This document shows, in pieces, positions 58,232-64,000 of a DNA stretch of 64,000 nucleotides (position 1 is its first letter; the number at the start of each line of letters is the position of its first letter). The notes under the pieces are model-generated. The model searched no databases, was not told the DNA's origin, and was given only the letters and a program-made list of their open reading frames with translations. Location of the stretch: positions 1,567-65,566 of the forward strand of contig JACFNL010000008.1 in NCBI GenBank assembly GCA_019454875.1. Direction: 5' to 3'. This DNA is from Candidatus Cloacimonadota bacterium (GTDB taxonomy: Bacteria > Muiribacteriota > UBA6191). The translations under genes were made by a program, and so were the position numbers.

Positions 58232-60945
58232 TGCAATCCTGCTTTCCAGCTGAACTTGGCAATTTCATCCGTCAGGGATGCCCAGTAATAGGAATTTTTA
58301 CTGGCCTCATCCAGATTATCCAAAAAATAAGAGGGATCGTACTTCACAAGGCCACCACAAGGCAAATCTTCCAGTTTGATTTCCGATGCGCCCAATGTCC
58401 CAATCAGCTGAAATCTATATCCCTTATTGCGATTTTCCTCAGCATAGGATTTTGGAGGAAACATAAAACTGTACACAGTGGCCTGAATGGGCTGTTCGGT
58501 CACAAAACGAATTCCCCCTAAAGCCACAATGGTTAAAACGGAATCGTCCTTACCTTGAGCCGCTCCCATACCGGTATCAAAGGCATATCCATCTTTTTTC
58601 AATCCAACATCAAAAATCACTTCCCCAAAAGTCACAATCATTGCCTTTCCCTTGTAGGTGAGCATGCGTTCCCCTGGGGCCACAAAATCAGAAAACTTCA
58701 AGGGCATGGCCGTACCGGTAATATAAAGAACCCCATTCATTTCCAGTCTGTTTGTATCCGGGTTAAGATACTTTTCCTTTAGAAGATTTGTGGGTTTTCC
58801 CTCACTGTCACGGCGGGTATAGTCATAAATTGAGGAAATATAATCTGTGGCTTTACGATAGTATAAAAAGGGATTAAAGTTAGCCAGTTCAAACTCAGGC
58901 TCAAGATGTTTGGTAAACAGGGATTTATACTGCCCCCCCCAGGCGTTTTCCAGTTGCTGATCCGAAGCATTATCAAAAAATATACCGTGTCTTGAAAACT
59001 TGGTAACTCCCTTATTTACATCCACAAACAGTTCTCTGAGTTTGGAGTCACTGTAAAATTCCTTCAGGTAGTTGCCTATAGCATTGTTATAGGGAGCAAG
59101 AATTGCTCCTGCTGGCACCTTGTCCTGAAAGTTCTGTTCAAAAAACTGTTGCTGGTATTTACGGTTATCACGCATATATTCAAAAAATGCCGGAGTTCTT
59201 AATCCAGAGGGCAAATCCAGAAAATTCTCAAAGGTTTCTTCAGACCAGCCCACCTCTGCATTGACAAACCGCGATTTCGAGCTTTGATCAAAGGGGGTTT
59301 TTTTGTTAGCATCAGTAATCCCCTCAAGTACACTGTCGGGAAACTCAGGAATGGGGTACTGCCCTGGGCCTAAGAGCCCAATTCTGAAGGTACTGATAAG
59401 AGAGCTAAAAGTACTTGCAATGTCATCCCAGGCACGGCTCCACCAGGATTGGCCTTCATTTTCCCTCTCTTTTCTTCTTTCCCATACGGATTGAAACTCT
59501 TCCGATCTGGTGTACTGATAATCCATTACCTTATAGTAGGACATTAAAGCCTTGCCATAAACAATGGTTGGAGAAACTCTTACATTGTAATTTTGATCCA
59601 CAAAGGCATTTAATACATCACGGGTTATTTCTGTAACTCCATCCCAGAGTCTTTGAAAAATCCCCCCCTCTTCATCGCGGTCCACACGAATGGCTTCAGG
59701 CTTTAATTCCACACGACCAAAAAGATCAAGCCCGGATTTGGAAGGGTTTTTGCTATTATCGTCTGTCTGCCACTCCCCGGCACTTTTATACGATTCAAAG
59801 TAAGACAGATAACCTGCCCTGTCCTTCCCGGAAATTTTTACCTTGTTATGCCTTAATTCTGCCCCGTGCCCAAGATAACGGGTAAATAGTTTTCCGTTAT
59901 GCGGCTCCAATACCTCAAGAAGTAATCGGTCTGCATCACTGAGTGAGGCTCCTCCAGCTCCAGCACTCAGATTGCCTCGTAAATCTTCCAGTGTAAAGTT
60001 CATGGCTGGTGGCAATAACTCGGTTTCGGCACTATAAAATGCCCTCTGAAGCATTCCTGATTCCATGTTGCCATTGGTCAGAGGCACAATTCCTGTATTT
60101 ACAAACACCCTGCCTGGTGGAACCTTGCCAGCCATCAAAACATCTTCAAATCCAGTTTTTAAATCCTCAAGACTCATTTCGGTTTTTCCCAGAGCTTCGG
60201 CCCATCCGTGATCAAGGATCAGGGAATGCTGGGTGGGAGACTCATCTGTGCAGCGCCCATCGGAACGGACATCTTCATTTTCACGGCCCTGGGCATATTT
60301 GACCCCCATTTTTGAAGACCAGTGAGCCAGATAAGGCCAGGAAGGATCGTTTAAAAACATGGTAAAAGGTGCCAAGGGGGCCATGGTCGTGTTGACAACC
60401 TTTAGGGAACGGGTGACCCGGATCTGTTTTACCATATCCTCAAAGGCCACACTGACATCAATCTCCAAAACCGCATCCTTTTCCTTAAGATCCGGTTTAA
60501 TTCTTCTGCCTGGGCGGTTATTTTCGCCACCACTGGGATTGATATCTATCTGTTTTATATCCTTGACAGCTGCCTTGATTGCAACGGCTGCCTTGATACT
60601 CTCAGCAAGTTTTATAGAATCTGGAACAAGGTAATCAGATACTCCCTTTTCAATTGGAATCTCTGATCCTTCCCTGGTTTCTTCCCTCAGTTTTTCATAA
60701 ATTCCACCAATTGGACCCTGATCATCAGAATTCATAAGCCTTTGGGCATTGACATAAAACTCTTCAACCACTGCCTCAGCAAGGTTCATACAAACCTCGT
60801 TTCTATAGGCAAACTGGGCAGCCCTGGCTTCATCACGGCTCATATCCATCAGAATATAGGCAAGAGCTATAAGAACACTTAAAATGATGGTGACGAGATA
60901 TAAAATACTACCTTTTTGAGACCTCATAACTCGCTTTCTCCCCAA
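58228..60945 (-). CDS. giant GspK-like minor-pseudopilin-type protein (905 aa)
   Basis: N-terminus RSQKGSILYLVTIILSVLIALAYIL resembles GspK-type prepilin signals lacking Glu+5. Large extracytoplasmic domain; start overlaps the lipoprotein gene and stop overlaps the GspG-like start. Confidence 0.5.
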   Translation of the reverse strand: MGRKRVMRSQKGSILYLVTIILSVLIALAYILMDMSRDEARAAQFAYRNEVCMNLAEAVVEEFYVNAQRLMNSDDQGPIGGIYEKLREETREGSEIPIEKGVSDYLVPDSIKLAESIKAAVAIKAAVKDIKQIDINPSGGENNRPGRRIKPDLKEKDAVLEIDVSVAFEDMVKQIRVTRSLKVVNTTMAPLAPFTMFLNDPSWPYLAHWSSKMGVKYAQGRENEDVRSDGRCTDESPTQHSLILDHGWAEALGKTEMSLEDLKTGFEDVLMAGKVPPGRVFVNTGIVPLTNGNMESGMLQRAFYSAETELLPPAMNFTLEDLRGNLSAGAGGASLSDADRLLLEVLEPHNGKLFTRYLGHGAELRHNKVKISGKDRAGYLSYFESYKSAGEWQTDDNSKNPSKSGLDLFGRVELKPEAIRVDRDEEGGIFQRLWDGVTEITRDVLNAFVDQNYNVRVSPTIVYGKALMSYYKVMDYQYTRSEEFQSVWERRKERENEGQSWWSRAWDDIASTFSSLISTFRIGLLGPGQYPIPEFPDSVLEGITDANKKTPFDQSSKSRFVNAEVGWSEETFENFLDLPSGLRTPAFFEYMRDNRKYQQQFFEQNFQDKVPAGAILAPYNNAIGNYLKEFYSDSKLRELFVDVNKGVTKFSRHGIFFDNASDQQLENAWGGQYKSLFTKHLEPEFELANFNPFLYYRKATDYISSIYDYTRRDSEGKPTNLLKEKYLNPDTNRLEMNGVLYITGTAMPLKFSDFVAPGERMLTYKGKAMIVTFGEVIFDVGLKKDGYAFDTGMGAAQGKDDSVLTIVALGGIRFVTEQPIQATVYSFMFPPKSYAEENRNKGYRFQLIGTLGASEIKLEDLPCGGLVKYDPSYFLDNLDEASKNSYYWASLTDEIAKFSWKAGLQ

Positions 60946-61427
60946 CGGCCTGACAGGTTTTTCACCTTTTCCTGTTCAGCCTGGTGTTCATGAAATGCCT
61001 TGCCACCACGGATGGCTTCCAAAAGTGATATAACCTCAGCATTTTTCTGGGTTGCCCGATCAATATCTCCCGATTTTTTATATTGCTCCACCAGAAAAAA
61101 ACCCAGTTCCAGTCTGGTTTTTGTATCCGAGCGGGGACTAGTCAGCCAAAGTTCCTCAGCTAAAGCAATAAGTTCCCTGGGAGATTCTCCACTTATGATG
61201 CGATTGCGAAACAATGAAATCCGTGCACTAAAGTCAGTGCCTGATAAACTGCCCCCAGAAGATTCCTTGTTACTCACTCCAGATTCCAAAGGCCCATCGG
61301 AACTTAAAGCGGCCTCCCATTCTTCCACGGACTGAATTTTTGGCGGTAAGGGCTGGTTTGTGGTTTTGGAAAAACAGCCAGCAAAAAGCCCGGCTAAAAT
61401 TAATATGCAGTATTTAGAGTGATTCAT
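60924..61427 (-). CDS. lipoprotein, hypothetical (167 aa)
   Basis: Lipobox ILILAGLFAGCFS; first gene of the pseudopilin array. Confidence 0.45.
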   Translation of the reverse strand: MNHSKYCILILAGLFAGCFSKTTNQPLPPKIQSVEEWEAALSSDGPLESGVSNKESSGGSLSGTDFSARISLFRNRIISGESPRELIALAEELWLTSPRSDTKTRLELGFFLVEQYKKSGDIDRATQKNAEVISLLEAIRGGKAFHEHQAEQEKVKNLSGRWGESEL

Positions 61428-61447
61428 CAGTTCTCAAGTATACCAAA

Positions 61448-61477
61448 CTTGTCGGCTTAAAGTAGCCTTGGGTATAA
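61448..61477 (+). promoter_or_regulatory. sigma70-like promoter for icd (-35 TTGTCG, 18-nt spacer, -10 TATAAT); RBS AAGGAG at 61508-61513
   Basis: Read directly: TTGTCG at 61448-61453, TATAAT at 61472-61477, AAGGAG 7 nt before ATG 61520. Confidence 0.35.
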
Positions 61478-61519
61478 TCCACCTGCATTTCGCCAATTCA
61501 GGCAAATAAGGAGCATAGA

Positions 61520-62812
61520 ATGTTTGAACAATTAACCCCCCCAACTACTGGTCAGAAAATTACAGCCCGTGCAGACGGTACCCTGAATGTACCGAATAAC
61601 CCCATCATCCCCTTTATTGAGGGTGACGGAACTGGAGTGGATATCTGGCCAGCCTCAAGAAAAGTTCTGGATGCCGCAGTCGAGAAGGCATACAAGGGTC
61701 AGAAACGCATTGAATGGTTTGAGGTTTTTGCCGGGGAAAAAGCGTTCAAAAAATGGAATAACTGGTTGCCCGAAGACACACTGACAGCCATTCGTGAGTA
61801 TCTGATTGGAATCAAGGGTCCATTAACAACCCCAGTTGGTGGAGGGATCCGCTCCATCAATGTTGCCCTAAGACAGGAACTGGACTTATATACCTGTTTG
61901 CGCCCGGTTCGCTGGTTTACTGGGGTTCCAAGTCCTGTAAAGGATCCTGGGGCTGTGGATATGGTTATCTTTCGAGAAAACACCGAGGACATCTACGCTG
62001 GTATTGAATATGCTGCTGGCACTGAAAACTGCAAAAAACTTCTGAATTTTTTACAGAATGAACTGGGAGTCAAAAAAATCCGTTTTCCCGAAACATCTTC
62101 CCTTGGTATTAAACCTGTGTCTCAGGAAGGCACAGAAAGACTGGTAAGGGCAGCTATTGAGTATGCCATCCGCCACAAAAAACCATCGGTAACCCTGGTT
62201 CATAAGGGTAACATCATGAAATTTACGGAAGGCTCATTTAAAAGCTGGGGTTATGCCCTGGCTGAGAAAGAATTTGCCAATCAGACTTTCACTTGGGGAC
62301 AATACGATAAAATCAAGGAAACCTCCGGTGAAGCTTTGGCTGAAAAAGCTCAGAATGAAGCCATTGCCTCCGGCAAAATCATTGTCAAAGAATCGATTGC
62401 CGATGCCTTTTTACAGCAGATTCTTTTAAGACCAAAAGAATACTCCGTAATCGCCACCCTAAATTTGAATGGAGATTATGTATCCGATGCTTTGGCAGCT
62501 CAGGTAGGTGGCATTGGTATTGCTCCCGGTGCCAACATCAATTACGCCACTGGACATGCCATTTTTGAGGCCACTCACGGCACCGCTCCCAAATATGCCG
62601 GTCAAGACAAGGTAAACCCAGGCTCTGTTATTCTTTCTGGGGTCTTGATGCTAGAACACATGGGATGGCAAGAAGCTGCCGACATGATTGTCAAAGGACT
62701 TGAAACCTCAATTGGCAAGGGACTAGTCACTTATGACTTCCATAGGCTCATGGAAAAAGCCACTCTCAGAAAATGCAGCGAGTTTGCTGACGATATCATT
62801 GCCAATATGTAA
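61520..62812 (+). CDS. icd: isocitrate dehydrogenase (NADP), homodimeric E. coli type
   Basis: [33 protein letters not shown]-terminus, [25 protein letters not shown]; 430 aa. Confidence 0.9.
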   Translation: MFEQLTPPTTGQKITARADGTLNVPNNPIIPFIEGDGTGVDIWPASRKVLDAAVEKAYKGQKRIEWFEVFAGEKAFKKWNNWLPEDTLTAIREYLIGIKGPLTTPVGGGIRSINVALRQELDLYTCLRPVRWFTGVPSPVKDPGAVDMVIFRENTEDIYAGIEYAAGTENCKKLLNFLQNELGVKKIRFPETSSLGIKPVSQEGTERLVRAAIEYAIRHKKPSVTLVHKGNIMKFTEGSFKSWGYALAEKEFANQTFTWGQYDKIKETSGEALAEKAQNEAIASGKIIVKESIADAFLQQILLRPKEYSVIATLNLNGDYVSDALAAQVGGIGIAPGANINYATGHAIFEATHGTAPKYAGQDKVNPGSVILSGVLMLEHMGWQEAADMIVKGLETSIGKGLVTYDFHRLMEKATLRKCSEFADDIIANM

Positions 62813-62831
62813 GAATCCCTTCCAAAAAAAA

Positions 62832-62865
62832 CACCTCAGTCTGGATTTAAATCCAGACTGAGGTG
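62832..62865. terminator. bidirectional rho-independent terminator between convergent icd and 62886..64000 genes
   Basis: Perfect palindrome CACCTCAGTCTGGATTT|AAATCCAGACTGAGGTG; A8 tract 5' on the plus strand gives U8 after the hairpin for the minus-strand transcript, and a weaker CCAUUUUC follows on the plus strand. Confidence 0.6.
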
Positions 62866-62885
62866 CCATTTTCAGATCTGATTCA

Positions 62886-64000
62886 TTATTCAGATTTTGG
62901 CAAAAGATGTAACACTGGCCTGAATGCCTCACTGTTACCTAAAGCCTCCATTACAGACAGAGCTTCCTCTGTTTCCAGTTGAATATGTTTTGCCTGACGG
63001 GCCAAAATTTCCCATGAATCCATGGACTGCTGATGTGCCCTGTGCAAGCGGCTCAGATAAGAACGAGTCTGGGTTAATCCAGAATTTAAAAGCTGACTCA
63101 TAACCTGTTTTCTGGATTCAGCAGTATTAATACCCTCAAATCCAAAACCTAGATAGGTCACAACACCTTCTCCCCTTTTGTTTCTTGTACCGGCACCCTC
63201 AGAATCACCATAGGTAAAAATGACATCAGCCCCATTGGAAGCAATGACATCAGGGTACTTCTGATTGTTGGCACTCTCAGAACCATCAAGAACAAAACTC
63301 AAATCCAACCCACTGACATTTTTGCTGGATGCCGTATCTTTTAGATATTTAGCCCCAACAACATCCGTGTAAAATGATTTCTGCTTTAGGGCATAACCAA
63401 TATCCTGACCGGATAAAACCAGATGGCCACCACTTTTTACATACTCTGTCAGAGTTTCCATTTCCTGATCGTTTAAAACATCACTCGAAACTGCACCGGT
63501 AAACCAGACAATGGTCTTATAGCCCAAAGCATCATCCAATGATACCGACTTTTCAACCATGTCAAATTCCTGATTCAGGGACTGCAAGGCCTCCTGATAG
63601 TATTTTTCATGGGTCAGTGGTTCATCATCGACCAAAAGAACAGCAGGCAGATCCTGCATTCCATAGGAAAACTCCGAATTCTGAGTCACAGTCAAGGTTT
63701 CTACCTTGCTTCTATATCCTTTAGAATACACTCTTACTGAATAGATTCCCCCAGGAATCTTAACCTCTGTGCCTTCCATTCCCACAGTTACAGGCTGTAG
63801 GGGGGCATCTAAAAATGTGATACGACCAGCTAAGGCAACCGAACTGGAATCCTTTAGCATAAAGCGGGTGCTAAACGATGGAGACTCAGCAAACTTTAAC
63901 TTCATCTCCACGGTTTCTTTGGCTTTGATGCTTATCTCACCAGAAATTGGCAGATACCCAAAGGCAGAGGCAGTAAATGCATATTTACCCTCGGCTAACG
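62886..64000 (-). CDS. hypothetical protein, 5'-truncated by window edge (C-terminal region ThuA/DUF4159-like?)
   Basis: Reading frame stays open from ATG 63911 upstream to position 64000, so the N-terminus lies outside the window. C-terminal VWFTGAVSS...YVKSGGHLVLSGQD resembles class-I glutamine-amidotransferase-like folds. Confidence 0.45.
   Translation of the reverse strand, partial: LAEGKYAFTASAFGYLPISGEISIKAKETVEMKLKFAESPSFSTRFMLKDSSSVALAGRITFLDAPLQPVTVGMEGTEVKIPGGIYSVRVYSKGYRSKVETLTVTQNSEFSYGMQDLPAVLLVDDEPLTHEKYYQEALQSLNQEFDMVEKSVSLDDALGYKTIVWFTGAVSSDVLNDQEMETLTEYVKSGGHLVLSGQDIGYALKQKSFYTDVVGAKYLKDTASSKNVSGLDLSFVLDGSESANNQKYPDVIASNGADVIFTYGDSEGAGTRNKRGEGVVTYLGFGFEGINTAESRKQVMSQLLNSGLTQTRSYLSRLHRAHQQSMDSWEILARQAKHIQLETEEALSVMEALGNSEAFRPVLHLLPKSE

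Noticed and set aside
1-64000. Search for CRISPR arrays, tRNA/rRNA genes, IS elements, integrases or phage genes
   Set aside because: No short regularly spaced direct repeats, no tRNA-like cloverleaf candidates in the few intergenic gaps, and no transposase/integrase/recombinase-like ORFs were seen. Coding density leaves almost no room for such elements.

Overview
The window is a gene-dense (~90% coding) bacterial chromosomal segment with roughly 42-45% GC (estimated by eye). It carries about 55 protein-coding genes in long co-directional arrays whose start and stop codons frequently overlap. I found no rRNA, tRNA, CRISPR array, transposase, integrase or phage gene.

Housekeeping genes I recognise with confidence:
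- L-serine dehydratase (sdaA) and CoaD
- gatA, gatB, glgA and fabI
- sucC, sucD and two isocitrate dehydrogenases
- H+-pyrophosphatase (hppA), dsbD and peptide deformylase (def)
- ferredoxin-NADP reductase and a dicarboxylate/amino-acid:cation symporter

The DsbD, type II secretion-type pseudopilins, lipoproteins and many signal peptides point to a diderm (two-membrane) bacterium. The abundance of large HAMP-GAF-SpoIIE sensor phosphatases is reminiscent of Leptospira-like spirochaetes. That is only an impression and cannot be verified from the sequence alone.

Most noteworthy:
1. A PfaD-family enoyl-reductase, a Cys-rich radical-SAM-like protein and a SAM-methyltransferase sit fused into the gatA-gatB-glgA operon.
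2. An 11-gene minus-strand array encodes a variant pseudaminic-acid-type nonulosonic sugar pathway (pseB, pseG, cytidylyltransferase, plus ATP-grasp, radical SAM/SPASM and Gfo/Idh/MocA enzymes). It is co-operonic with an LCP glycopolymer ligase, a YqeK-type HD hydrolase and a rhomboid protease.
3. Two large paralogous membrane sensor phosphatases (TM, ~500-aa extracytoplasmic domain, TM, HAMP, GAF, PP2C) lie in tandem between def and dsbD.
4. An orphan pseudopilin module holds two prepilin-type proteins plus a giant (905-aa) GspK-like protein and a lipoprotein. No secretin, ATPase or platform gene is nearby.
5. The two isocitrate dehydrogenases differ in type. One is a classical NADP enzyme; the other is a 481-aa enzyme with a ~135-aa C-terminal extension.

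Many hypothetical proteins remain (secreted, HEAT-repeat, zinc-ribbon).
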